DNA from: Eledone cirrhosa
Lineage: Eukaryota
DNA: 64,000 bases
Assembly: GCA_964016885.1 (NCBI GenBank)
Contig: OZ024753.1
Span: forward strand, 6,448,001-6,512,000
Direction: 5' to 3'
This document shows positions 39,421 to 52,995 of this stretch, one piece after another. Made by a program: the position numbers and the translations under genes. How positions within the stretch are numbered: the stretch's first letter is position 1; every line of letters starts with the position of its first letter. Below the pieces are notes generated by a model. That model was not told where the DNA came from, ran no database searches, and saw nothing but the letters and a program-made list of their open reading frames with translations.

Positions 39421-40484
39421 TCTTTAGTTATTCGTGTAGTCTAGAGGAAAGTCTTTAAACTTATTGCGGCAATGATGGTTGAATACGTAGATTTGTAGAG
39501 AAATATTTTCCTAACAATCCGTCTTATTACCTTTTGATAGCCAAAACAGTAACCACATAAACGGTAACGTTGATTATAGTAAAGTGTAAACGAAAGAAGC
39601 ATACTACCATCGTGTTTGACCTTTTGTTTTATATGTGTTTATATGTGTTTCGAACATTTTCCACAATATTTTTCATTATACAAATAGGCATTCAATTTCC
39701 AGTCTATGTTGCATAATTTTATAGTGCCTGGAGATATATAAATTGTATTTACTGAAATGAGATTGAAAGATATGCAAAACACTTCAATATAGTTTGTTAT
39801 ATAATAGACATGAAATAACAATTGTTTACATCAAGTAAGAATACAGTTAATGATTATTTCTGAATGCTGCTGACTAAAATCCAAATGTTACATGTAATCA
39901 ATTGCTTCCTTGTTAAAAATGTCTTTCTGTAAAGTTCAATATATTCTACTCTGTAAGCAGTTTGTTCTGAGTTCTATTGTTGATTTCGTGATGCATTCGT
40001 GTATTTCTTCATTCACTATAGGGCACGTTAGCTTTGATTGTATTGTTATTCATCGTGCGTTACTAGATTATATAAAGGAGTATAAATCCTTATGTTGTGT
40101 TACCGTATGTAGCAAATACATTCCACTTCTTCAATGAACAGATTTGTATTTAAAGGTCATAAATATATTTTCATATTTTCCGTTTTACAATGATCCATAA
40201 TCACAGTTCTTATCCCTATTTATGTTGTCTGTAATGGTAAAAAAGTATGGTGAATCATCGCTCTTCAAGCCAAGGTAGCATAGACGTTGAACTCAATGTC
40301 TAATCGAACTTATCTCTCGTCAGATGTATTGTACTCTTTTCAATCCTTGTGGCAATGATCAATCAACAAGGTGTTACCTATAGAAACAAATATTCACGCC
40401 TTGAGTTGATTTAATATATTGGCGAATCACTCAGCAACTGATAAGACTTGTTACCCTCATGCTGGTATATCTAGTCATTTAGAA

Positions 40485-40856
40485 CAGGGGCGTGCAACAG
40501 GCGGGCCGGATTGTTGCCCGCCTGACCAGTGAGATTGGCCCGCGATAACCGTTTTTTAATTTTTACCTTGTAGGCTAATTTAGAATTGTTTCGTAACCGT
40601 CATACAATTTTCTGTTAGTTGACCTATACTAAAGGCCTTCACTGATAGGGTTATCTGTGTTATAATTTCCCAGTTCCATATTATGGAAAGAAAATGTGGT
40701 TTTGACCTATACTAAAGGGCTTCACTGATAGGGTTCCATATTTTGGAAAGAAGTTGTGGTGAATCTTTGGAATAGTGCTTAATAAATATTGATGGCCCTA
40801 ATAGTTGTTCCAATGTTCAAAAGTGGCCCGCCAATGGAATATGTTGCAAATCCCTG
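40485..40856 (+). mobile_element. hAT-like MITE (same family as 21281-22346) with only ~1.7 internal 83-bp units
   Basis: CAGGGGCGTGCAAC..GTTGCAAATCCCTG; 8-bp flanks ATTTAGAA/ATCTAGAC. Confidence 0.85.
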
Positions 40857-40899
40857 ATCTAGACCTCCTCACCTCCTTCTCCCCCTCCCTCGTCTTTTT

Positions 40900-41235
40900 C
40901 TTCTTCTTCCAGAGAGTGTCCTGTGTACAGAGTCCTCAAACACTTCTTGTGGGTCCTGTCAGAAGCAGCTGTCTCCACCTGATCCGGCTGGATCCCTACG
41001 CGTGACCAGGTAAGCTCATGGGTGTTATCTAATCATCTTGCTCGGCGTCTGCCTCTGGGTTTCCTCACAGTTGGTTTTGATCATAAAATCCGTCCAGAGA
41101 TTCTTTCATGGGACATTCTAACCACATGCCCATTGTATAGGAGCTGTGATCTCTCAATGTGGAGAAGTAGCGGCTCTATCAGTAGCGACCCTCTGATCTC
41201 CGAGCTAAGCAATCTATCGAGTAACTTTACTCCAT
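40900..41235 (-). mobile_element. RTE-like LINE 3' end with (GAA)n tail
   Basis: Minus: LLHIERSQLLYNGHVVRM..RKPRGRRRAR*LD. Confidence 0.75.
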
Positions 41236-41399
41236 CTAAACCACACATGCTTAAACTATTCCATGTTGAGATATAGATTTGGAGTTTCTTATGAGACCAC
41301 TAAATAAGGGAATTTAGAAATTAGAATCTTCGGAGAAAGTTCATACAATAATTCACCAATCTCATAGAAATATCAGCTACGTTATCTTCATATTATTTC

Positions 41400-41670
41400 C
41401 TGCCGAGGTTAACTTTGCCTTTCATCCTTACGAGGGTCGATAAAATAAAGTACCAGTAATGCACTGGGATAATTGCTGATCTTGTGCCTAAAGTAGAAAC
41501 AATTATTATAATTGTTTCTAATATAGACACAAGCCCAGCAATTTTAGGCGAGGCTAAAGTCTATTAAATCGATACCATTGCACTACTGGTACTTTATTTT
41601 ATCGACCCTGCAAAGCTGAAAGGCAAAATTAACTTCAGCGAGTAAGAACTCTACCAATTCACCGCCTTCA
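41400..41670. mobile_element. Tail-to-tail pair of SINE family 1 copies
   Basis: ..GTAGAAACAATTATTATAATTGTTTCTA.. junction at ~41500. Confidence 0.85.
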
Positions 41671-41839
41671 ACTGCTTAACACCATCCACTATATCTGGTT
41701 TCGTTCCACCAAGTACCAGCAATGCAGTGGTGTCGATTTATAGGCAAAGAATAAGTAAAATACAATTTTAACCCATTTCGCTTCATTTGACTGAGTAATT
41801 CCTGTAGTGGAATAGCATATGATATTTCTTATATTGTTA

Positions 41840-42535
41840 AAAAGTTGAAAACTTGCTGGAGGATGTATCCTGTGGCAGCTATAATTCCGGCAAAAGCTTT
41901 GAGGTACTCCTCAGTTGCCTTCATATATGCGCTTGCTGCCTCACTATGCATGACAACGGAGTGAATACCGATCCCCTTTTTAAAATTCTCGAACCAGGCT
42001 TTAAACGGTACGTCCGTCATAGTGCCTAGGATTTGCTGCAGCAAATCAGCGTAAATAGCTCGTGCCTTCTCGCAGATTATAGTCTCCGTCACGGTATCTC
42101 CTGCGAGCTGCTTTTCCATATTTTCATGGCTAGATGTACGCTGTTTAGAAATTATATTTTAACGCCCTTGACTGGCGTTCTAGCATTTATCGACTCCTTC
42201 TGCTTCAGTATGGTGCAGATCGTAGAAGTGCTACTCTCGTCCTGCTTCGTCAAGTCGACTACAAGCACATCTTGGACATGTTGTTTTCGATAATTTCTTT
42301 CTTTAATTCAATGCACATCATCCGCTTCTTCTTCTCAGCATGGTCCTTCGCCCTCACTTTCTTCGGACCCATGGGATGCTGGGCGGATGTTATGGCGTTC
42401 ACTACGCCAACTAGCGGTGGGTTATCTGAAGCTGACTTGTAACCCGAATTTCAGCTCGCAACTCAAGGCAAAAAATCGACTGAGAGACGGCTCTTATCTC
42501 GTTAGTTGGGATACTCGTAAGTCAAGGTACCACTG
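41840..42535 (-). mobile_element. Tigger/pogo-like DNA transposon 5' remnant (CENP-B-type HTH, frameshifted)
   Basis: TA|CAGTGGTACCTTGACTTACGAG terminus; ATG at 42372 (MGPKKV..KKKRMMCIELKKEII); EKQLAGDTVTETIICEKARAIY..WFENFKK..HSVV.HSEAASA..GY.LQQVFN. Confidence 0.88.
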
Positions 42536-42965
42536 TATATGTATAGTATATATATTAGCAGAAAAACCACTCTTCGGCTGGTTTTCTGCTAGCATGTGTA
42601 GTGTGTATATTGATATTATACGCAAGTATATATGCATGAAGATATGATACATCAAATAAAATCGTAATTGACAATATACACAACAATTGAACGAAGACTG
42701 TGTTACACTGTTTTATGTAATCAGTAACGTAATCCATGATACATTAAAAAAAAGACGATATTATATATAAACTGCATTAGGAGAAAAATAATGACAGAAA
42801 TATATGAATATTTATTTAAACGATCGCTAACCGGAAGTGTTGACATTTGAAAATTTTGAAGAAGTGAATATTTAAATAAGTAATAAAATATATTTAATGA
42901 ACAGCCACAACACTTAGTAGATAAATTATGTAATATTCATTCATTATTTATTCAAAGTAATTAAT

Positions 42966-43445
42966 ATCCCGCCGAGGTTAACTTTGCCTTTCATCCTTCC
43001 GGGGTTGATAGAATAAAGTACCAGTAATGCATTGGATAATTGCTGGCCTTGTGCCAAAAGTCGAAACAATTATTTATTCAAAGTAATCCAACTTATTTTA
43101 CTAATGGCATAACAAATTATAAACCGTACGCAGTCCGGCAACTCTTACTTTATTATAGTTTAGATAGATTATATATATATGTGTGTGTATATTGTATATA
43201 TAGATTATATATATTGTATATAGAGATTATATATATATATATACAATACACACCCCGGTCCAGGAATCGCAATCGTGAGGTTGTCGGTTCGATTCCTCGA
43301 CCGAGCGATGCGTTATGTCATTGAGCAAGACACTTTATTTCACGTTATTCCGTCTACCTGGAGTTGCGACCGATAGATAGTATTAGCAATTGGAAAGACC
43401 AACGGAAACATTGTTTGCTCGGTTCGATTTGATGAACGTCGATCA
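42966..43445 (+). mobile_element. SINE family 1 fragment (42966-43075) and SINE family 2 fragment (43262-43445)
   Basis: Family consensus motifs as above. Confidence 0.8.
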
Positions 43446-43480
43446 TCAAAAATAAAAAAATAATATATTTAGAGAGAGAG

Positions 43481-43537
<57 letters not shown>

Positions 43538-43644
43538 TATATATGTATATATAGATTATATATATATGTATATTGTATATATATATGTATACATACATAC
43601 ATATATATATGTATATTGTATATATATATGTATACATACATACA

Positions 43645-45756
43645 TATATAGATGTATATTATAATATAAATAAATATATATAGTAATAATAAATACGAAG
43701 TCCAGAATCTGAAGGGGATTTCTATATTTTTATGTGTACAATGAGTGAACAGTTTTGAAGTTTCCCCCTCCACTATACAGTCGTCGCTTTAACTGGACCC
43801 CGAAATCAATAATCCCACATACATGTTAAGTGTCTGAAACATTAGCTCATATAAATATAAGGAAAAGAAATCGAAAATGCAACTGGAGTCGTCTTAAGAA
43901 TATTTATTTGTGTCCTTCACCGGTTTCACAATTCTTATGCTTTTCAAAAGTAGAATTGAGATGGCGGGTTTGTGTTATTTCTCGCATCAGATCAATTGTA
44001 CTTTTGAAAAGCATACGAGCTGTGAAACAAGTAACGAAAACAAATAAATATTCTTAAAAAGACTGCAGTTGCATTTTCGATTTCTTTTCCTTATACTTTC
44101 TCTCGGGTAGGACATCCCGTTTTTTTTTCATAGAAAAAAAATTTCTCATTTTCTAATATGTATAAATATATATTACCGGTTTTGATGTATTATTACAATT
44201 CATCTCATCAAATGTTGAGTATTGATATAAAAAAATTAAAAAGAATTAATAGGAGTTAAAAACCAGAAATTAAAGATTTAAAATTAAAATCAAATGTTGG
44301 AGTAAGTTTTTTCCCATCTTTCTTGTTCAAAGTTTGGCTGGAGAATTAGTTCTTTTTAATAATAACTCATACTTCAAGAACTTGTATTAACCAGAACTTC
44401 TATTAACCACAACAAGAACTAATTCTCCAGCCAAATTTTTAGCAAGGAAGATGGGAAAAAAACTTACTTCAACATTTGATTTTAATTTTAAATCTTTAAT
44501 TTCTGGTTTTTAACTCCTATTAATTGTTTTTAATTTTTTATTTCAATACTGAACATTTGATGAGATAAAATGTAATAATACATCGAAACCGGTAATACTT
44601 TATAAACTATATAAAACTTTTTTAAAAGAATTGTCCCTCTCATATTTTTCAATAATCTCATCTTTTCAATAATGTCACGTTGACGAATCAAGGAAAGGAT
44701 AAAAAAAGAAAAAAAACAGATCCTTAAATATATTTTCCGTGTTATTTCCAAATTCTTTCTCTCTCTATATATATATATAATATTCAAATTTCGTATTTAT
44801 AACAAGTACTTACTGGCCTTTTATTAGGCTCGTTAAATACTACATTGTTTGCAATTTAGAATATTCTACTTTTATGTAATATTCCCCACCCTCCTTCATG
44901 AGTATGTGACTAATCAATATACAGAAATATTGAGAATGTCCTCTACAATGTTCTGCAACATCTAAATTATATTTCATTATATGTTTTACTTTGCATTCGT
45001 TTATATTTATAATTGTTCTTGTCGATGTGTTTAGTGTATATATAGATGTATATTATAATATAAATAAATATATATAGTAATAATAAATACGAAGTCCAGA
45101 ATCTGAAGGGGATTTCTATATTTTTATGTGTACAATGAGTGAACAGTTTTGACGTCCCCCCCTCCTCTATACAGTCATGGCCTTAACTGGACCCCGAAAT
45201 CAATAATCCCACATACATGTTAAGTGTCTGAAATATTAGCTCATATAAATATAAGGAAAAGAAATCGAAAATGCAACTGGAGTCTTTTTAAGAATATTTA
45301 TTTGTGTCCTTCACCGGTTTCACAATTCTTATGCTTTTCAAAAGTAGAATTGAGATGGCGGGTTTGTGTTATTTCTCGCATCAGATCAATTGTACTTTTG
45401 AAAAGCATAAGAGCTGTGAAACAGGTAAAGAAAACAAATAAATATTTTAAAAAAGACTGCAGTTGCATTTTCGATTTTTTTTCCTTATACTTTCTCTCGT
45501 GAAGGACATCCCGTTTTTTTTTTTTTTATTTATTAAAAAAAAATTTCATTTTCTTATATATATATAAACGTTATTCCGGGTTGAATCGGAGGTAACCACA
45601 GTAAGTAAGGTACTCAATACATTTCAGAGTATAAAAGTTTTAATATAGATGAGATTCTACAGGACTAGAACTGTTTCATTCTTTAGAAATCATCAGGAAT
45701 GATGATTTCTAAAGAATGAAACAGTTCTTGTCCTGTAGAATCTCATCTATATTAAA

Positions 45757-45789
<33 letters not shown>

Positions 45790-46345
45790 TAGCGGTGTTG
45801 ATGTATTATTACAATTCATCTCATCAAATGGTGAGTATTGAAATAAAAAATTAAAATGAATTAATAGGAGTTAAAAATCAGAAATTAAAGATTTAAAATT
45901 AAAGTCAAATGTTGGAGTAAGTTTTTTCCCATCTTTCCTGCTCAAAATTTGGCTGGAGAATGAGTTCTTTTTAACAAGAACTCATACTTCAAGAACTTCT
46001 ATTAACCACAACAAGAACTAATTCTCCAGCCAAATTTTGAGCAAGGAAGATGGGAAAAAAATTTACTCTAACATTTGATTGTAATTTGAAATCTTTAATT
46101 TCTGGTTTTTAACTCCTATTAATTCTTTTTAATTTTTTATTTCAATACTCAACATTTGATGAGATGAAATTTAATAATACATCGAAACCGGTAAATACTT
46201 AATAAACTAAATAAAACTTTTTTTAAAAGAATTGTCCCTCTCATTTTTTTTCAATAATATCATGTTTTCAATAATGTCACGTTGACGAATCAAGGAAAGG
46301 ATAAAAAAACAGATCCTTAAATATATTTTCCGTGTTATTTCCATA

Positions 46346-46386
<41 letters not shown>

Positions 46387-49300
46387 ACATTCAAATTTGG
46401 TATTTATAACAAGTACTTACTGGCCTTTTATTAGGCTCGTTAAATACTACATTGTTTGCAATTTAGAATATTCTACTTTTATGTAATATTCCCCTCCCTC
46501 CTTCATGAGTATGTGACTAATCAATATACATAAATATTGAGAATGTCCTCTACAATATTTTAAATGTTCTGGCAATAACTATAGTATACTTCATTACATG
46601 TTTTTCTTTGCATTCGTTTATATTTATAATTGTTCTTGTCGATGTATTTAATGTATATATATATGTATACATACATATATAGATGTATATTATAATATAA
46701 ATAAATATAGTAATAATAAATACGAAGTCCAGAATCCGAAGGGGACTTCTATATTTTTATGTGTACAATGAGTGAACAGTTTTGACATCCCCCCTCCACT
46801 ATACAGCCATGGCCTTAACGGGACCCCGAAATCAATAATCCCACATACATGTTAAGTGTCTGAAATATTAGCTCATATAAATATAAGGAAAAGAAATCGA
46901 AAATGCAACTGGAGTCTTTTTAAGAATATTTATTTGTGTCCTTCACCGGTTTCACAATTCTTATGCTTTTCAAAAGTAGAATTGAGATGGCGGGTTTGTG
47001 TTATTTCTCGCATCAGATCAATTGTACTTTTGAAAAGCATAAGAGCTGTGAAACAGGTAAAGAAAACAAATAAATATTTTTAAAAAGACTGCAGTTGCAT
47101 TTTCGATTTCTTTTCCTTATACTTTCTCTCGTGAAGGACATCCCGTTTTTTTTTTTTTTATTTATTAAAAAAAAATTTCATTTTCTTATATATATATATA
47201 CGTTATTCCGGGTTGAATCGGAGGTAACCACAGTAAGTAAGGTACTCAATACATTGCAGAGTATAACAGTTTTAATATAGATGAGATTCTACAGGACTAG
47301 AACTGTTTCATTCTTTAGAAATCATCAGGAATGATGATTTCTAAAGAATGAAACAGTTCTTGTCCTGTAGAATCTCATCTATATTAAAATATATATATAT
47401 ATATACATATATATTATATATTAGCGGTGTTGATGTATTATTACAATTCATCTCATCAAATGGTGAGTATTGAAATAAAAAATTAAAATGAATTAATAGG
47501 AGTTAAAAATCAGAAATTAAAGATTTAAAATTAAAATCAAATGTTGGAGTAAGTTTTTTCCCATCTTTCCTGCTCAAAATTTGGCTGGAGAATGAGTTCT
47601 TTTTAACAAGAACTCATACTTCAAGAACTTCTATTAACCACAACAAGAACTAATTCTCCAGCCAAATTTTGAGCAAGGAAGATGGGAAAAAAATTTACTC
47701 CAACATTTGATTGTAATTTGAAATCTTTAATTTCTGGTTTTTAACTCCTATTAATTCTTTTTAATTTTTTATTTCAATACTCAACATTTGATGAGATGAA
47801 ATGTAATAATACATCGAAACCGGTAAATACTTTATAAACTAAATAAAACTTTTTTTAAAAGAATTGTCCCTCTCATTTTTTTTCAATAATATCATGTTTT
47901 CAATAATGTCACGTTGACGAATCAAGGAAAGGATAAAAAAACAGATCCTTAAATATATTTTCCGTGTTATTTCCATATTCTCTCTCTCTCTCTATATATA
48001 TATATATAATATTCAAATTTGGTATTTATAACAAGTACTTACTGGCCTTTTATTAGGCTCGTTAAATACTACATTGTTTGCAATTTAGAATATTCTACTT
48101 TTATGTAATATTCCCCTCCCTCCTTCATGAGTATGTGACTAATCAATATACATAAATATTGAGAATGTCCTCTACAATATTTTAAATGTTCTGGCAATAA
48201 CTATAGTATACTTCATTACATGTTTCTCTTTGCATTCGTTTTATATTTATAATTGTTCTTGTCGATGTATTTAATGTATATATATATGTATACATACATA
48301 TATAGATGTATATTATAATATAAATAAATATATATAGTAATAATAAATACGAAGTCCAGAATCCGAAGGGGATTTCTATATTTTTATGTGTACAATGAGT
48401 GAACAGTTTTGACATCCCCCCTCCACTATACAGCCATGGCCTTAACGGGACCCCGAAATCAATAATCCCACATACATGTTAAGTGTCTGAAACATTAGCT
48501 CATATAAATATAAGGAAAAGAAATCGAAAATGCAACTGGAGTCTATATTAAGAATATTTATTTGTGTCTTTCACCGGTTTCACAATTCTTATGCATTTCA
48601 AAAGTAGAATTGAGATGGCGGGTTTGTGTTATTTCTCGCATCAGATCAATTGTACTTTTGAAAAGCATAACAGCTGTGAAACAAGTAAAGAAAACAAATA
48701 AATATTCTTAAAAAGACTGCAGTTGCATTTTCGATTTCTTTTCCTTATACTTTCTCTCGGGTAGGACATCCCGTTTTTTTTTCATAGAAAAAAAATTTGT
48801 CATTTTCTTATATGTATATATATATATATTAGCGGTTTTGATGTATTATTACAATTCATCTCATCAAATGTTGAGTATTGATATAAAAATTAAAAAGAAT
48901 TAATAGGAGTTAAAAACCAGAAATTAAAGATTTAAAATTAAAATCAAATGTTGGAGTAAGTTTTTTCCCATCTTTCTTGCTCAAAATTTGGCTGGAGAAT
49001 GAATTCTTTTTAATAATAACTCATACTTCAAGAACTTCTACTAACCACAACAATAACTTCTATTAACAAGAACTCATTCTTCAAGAACTTCTATTAACCA
49101 CAACAAAAACCTCTATTAACACGAACTCGTTCTCCAGCCAAATTTTGAGCAAGAAAGATAGGGAAAAAAACTTGCTCCAACATTTGATTTTAATTTCTAG
49201 TTTTTAACTCCTATTAATTTATTTTAAATTTCAATACTCAACATTTGATGAGATGAAATGTAATTATACATCGAAATCGGTAATACTTTATATACATTAC

Positions 49301-49777
49301 AAAACTTTTTTTAAAAGAATTGTCCCTCTCATCTTTTTCAATAATGTCTCTTTGACGAATCAAAGAAATTATAAAAAAAGAAAAAACAGATCCTTAAATA
49401 TATTTTCCGTGCTATTTCCAACTTCTTTCACTCTCTCTCCCTCCCTCTCACTCTCACTCTCTCTATATATATTGGTGGATTGGTAGAATATATATATGTA
49501 TATATATATAAGATTCAAATTTCGTATTTATAACAAGTACTTACTGGCCTTTTCGTTGGCTCGTTAAATACTACATTGTTTGCAAATTAGAATATTCTAT
49601 TTTTATGTAATGTTGCCCTCCCTCCTTCATGAGTATGTGACTAATCAATATACAGAAACATTGAGAATGTCCTCTACAATATTTTAAATGTTCTGGCAAT
49701 ATCTAAAGTATATTTGATTATATGTTTTTCTTTGCATTCGTTTATATTTATAATTGTTCTTGTCGATGTATTTAATG
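43645..49777. repeat. Four tandem ~1.4-1.63-kb units, each with two long palindromes (three in units 2 and 3)
   Basis: ATACGAAGTCCAGAATC near 43693, 45087, 46720 and 48347; unit 1 hairpins 43856-44095 and 44171-44597. Confidence 0.95.
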
Positions 49778-50309
49778 GTTTAGCAGAAGTCGATGTTTTT
49801 GTAAGTGAACGAAACGTGTTGGAACCAATTTAAAATTTGGCAAATTCTTTGCAGAATTATCTAGAGGGCAGCCGAGTAATGCAGGGAATAATGTTTATCT
49901 TTCATGAAGCAAACGTTTTACGTATGATAGTGCCAACTTATACCATCTTGTATTTGAAATAAATAAACATGAAAATGTATAACATAAAAGAAAACAAATT
50001 AAACGCAAATGTATACTTAAAAATAAAATGTAAATGTTAGAAACTGATGTGCCACAAATGATTAAACTTTCAATATATAGTCAGCAGGTGTTTACGGCAG
50101 ATCGTTATCATATTTGCTCGGTTTCTGCTGAGAAATGGAATCAAGTGGAATAGCTAAAACATAAAGCGAAACATTAATGTGATCGATGAAACGGTTGAGA
50201 AAAAAATTGATATAGAAATTTAAAAGATGAAATGTTTGGAGTTTATCATATAATTGATTATTAATTTTTGTTTGTTAGAACAAGATATATATTTCTCTCT
50301 TCTTTGACC

Positions 50310-50483
50310 GTGGCAGTATCGGTACAAGGTCGGACGCTATGATTTGCAGCATAGAGTTACGGCCCTTTACAGTCTGAGTTCCAATCACACCGTGGTTAAC
50401 TTTGCCTTTCATCCTTACAGGGTCGCTGAAATAAAGTACCAGTAATACAATGCTGGCCTTGTGCCAAAAGTATAAACAATTAT
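50310..50483 (+). mobile_element. SINE family 1
   Basis: A-box, B-box, core and ATT tail. Confidence 0.85.
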
Positions 50484-50788
50484 TATACACTACAGACATA
50501 TAAGATAATTTATATATTTTTTACTAACTTTTATTAATAACCTAATATATATACGAAACAGAAAGAGGGTGCTGTGAAGTGACATTTTCTTCTGTATTTT
50601 TAATCTTATTCAAGAAGGAAGATCATTTCAACTCGATTGGCCATAGTTTACCATTGGAATGCCAGCTGTTTTTCCTTGTGCACTTTCACTTTACAATTGT
50701 TATTAATATACTCGTGAATTATATCTATGTTGGCCGTCTTCTCAACATGGAAACGTTTGAAATACTAGTGAATCTATTTATAGTTTTC

Positions 50789-51382
50789 TTAACCCTTTAG
50801 CATTTACATTATATTTACTATTTAGATTGGCAGAGGGTCGGACGCTATGCTTTCCAACATAGTTACGTCCCTTTACGATCTAAGTTCAAATCCCGCCGAG
50901 GTTGACAAAATAAAGTACCAGTAATGCACTGGGTATTTGCTGGCCTTGTGCCTAAAGTAGAAACAATTATATTTACTATTGTAAATATAATGTATATAAT
51001 ATATTGTAAATATTAATATAATCCAACGGTAGAGAGTTCGACGCCATGCTTTCTAGCATAGTTACGTACCTTTACGTTCTGAGTTCAAATCCCGTCGAGG
51101 TTAACTTTGCCTTTCATCCTCACGGGGGTCAATAAAATAAAGTACCAGTAACGTACTAGGTATTTGCTAGCCTTGTGCCAAAAGTAGAAACAATTATATT
51201 TACTATTGTATTTTCATGGTAAAGGCTTTATCTCACATAATATCAAATCTGAGATTTTGATATCATTTATTTTGAGAGCAATACCTTAGCATAAGTATGA
51301 GTGACCAGTTACAGCTGTTTTCAACAGGAAGAGATGAGATAATTCTGGCCGGATACGGGCGGTTTAAATACTAAAGGGCCAA
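50789..51382. mobile_element. TTAA-type (piggyBac/Kolobok-like) MITE with two nested SINEs
   Basis: TTAA|CCCTTTAGCATTT ... AAATACTAAAGGG|CCAA; SINEs at 50825-50970 and 51025-51198. Confidence 0.6.
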
Positions 51383-51624
51383 GTCATGTTCTAGATATTA
51401 TGTATTAGTGTCAAGGCATGGATTATCTTTCCCTTCCCCCATTATCCAATTTGAAAGTTCACGACATTCCGTCAATATAAATAGCAAACACAAAATGAAT
51501 TATAAACATGCAATAACAGCTTGAAACAAACAAACACTTTACTATCCACTTGCTATTTATTTCTGTATACTAGCTGACAATAAAGCTAACCTGCATTAGG
51601 CAATATCAAGGTAAGTAGATAGAT

Positions 51625-51857
51625 CACGTGCAATGTGTCCGAACTCGGAAGAGCCGAACTCCCACTGGCATCGCCCGCATCTCTCTATGTATTGAGCAAA
51701 TGGGGTCCCACGTGCTGGCCGCCCCACCGCCCCGGCGGACAGATTGGAGAAGGCGTTTCCCCGAGCGATGCGCTGCATGAGTGATTCCATCTCGTGAGGC
51801 TCACATCTGCAGCTGGCCAGCTCAGCGCCTATCGTGGTAAGAAGAGAGGTAGCCCTT
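51625..51857 (-). mobile_element. CRE-clade 3' fragment
   Basis: MESLMQRIARGNAFSNL and the shared 3' UTR. Confidence 0.8.
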
Positions 51858-52147
51858 AAAGACTATATTCTGCGGAAAAGCAATAAAGTCTCGGGGGTTT
51901 TCGCAGAGAAAAGAGAGTGAGACCGACTGTTTCATACACTTTGTCACTGAATTAGAATGAACGAATTCCAGCGTCTGAAGGACATATATTAACCTCGTTG
52001 GTCAGATATCATATCAATAACCCAGCCGAAAGTCTATTGAAATTATTCGGTCACCCTATTAGGGTTGCTTTTAACTGTAATAAGTGTTTACATTTTAAAC
52101 TTATTAAATTGGTTTCAAGGATAATAAACACAACCACAATTATATGG

Positions 52148-52995
52148 TCCGAACATGGAAGAGCCGACTTCTCACTGTCATCGCCTCCATCTCTCTCGCC
52201 TTCTCCATCTCTCTGTACGGTGAGCAAATGGGGCCCCATAACCCCAGCGGAGAGAATGGAGAAGTCGTTTCCCCGGAGGATGGTAAGGGAGATGCGCTGG
52301 AAGAGCCATTCCATCTCGTGAGGCTCACACCTGCGGCTGGCCAGCTCAGCGCTTATGGTGGGGAGTAGGGAGGTAGCCCTAGAGCGAAGGACACCAGAAG
52401 ACTCCACTGCCAACGGCCCGATTGAAAACCTGTTGGTGAGTGACCGGTACTTGGAGAGTTTGCCCTCCTCAGCCCGAAGTGCAGCAGAACTGGGCTAGTC
52501 GCAGACTACACCAGGTCGCTGCAAGTGACATCCCAGACGAGGGGTTTTCACCGTGGAACGGAAAGATAGTCATAGTCATATCCTCTGGCCACTTGCTGTG
52601 CCCTCGGTGCATCCCGACCGGCTCGAGCTGGGAGAGGAAGGCTGCAGCATCCAAGCCATGTTTTATTACCTCGTTGAGGGCAGCATGGCATGGAAGGCGG
52701 TTGGCACCGTGGCCCGCAGATCTGAAGGCCAAGTCTCCGGGAAACTCCGATGCGCAGGAGGAAGGTAAGACATGGAGCCAGGCACCACTGTGGGAATTGG
52801 AGGCCGCGCGAAAACAGACAAGGCGGTGCTGGTCGAGCTGGCGCGTGAGCCGTTCTGAGGCCAGGCTGCACAAGATGGTATCCCAAAGGATACCATCCGT
52901 TCCAGCAACTCAAGACCCTCATGAGCAAACTGGGCATGATTGACGCCCACCTAGCCGTCTTCCTGTTGAGGAACTGCTTCGCCATGCCGAAATAT
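52148..52995 (-). mobile_element. CRE-clade fragment with an inverted 5' segment (52875-52995 on +)
   Basis: Minus: HSGAWLHVLP..HAALNEVI..EP..AVESSGVL..LFQRIS..RGN; plus 52887-52995: FQQLKTLMSKLGMIDAHLAVFLLRNCFAMPK (post-RT motif). Confidence 0.8.

Noticed and set aside
43830-44057. Repeated 75-92-aa ORF MSETLAHINIRK..
   Set aside because: GTG start, overlaps a palindrome, stop position varies, disrupted in unit 4, no recognisable domain
44806-45030. Minus-strand GTAAGT donor repeated in each array unit (possible duplicated exon)
   Set aside because: No open frame or clear acceptor upstream; cannot support without RNA-seq
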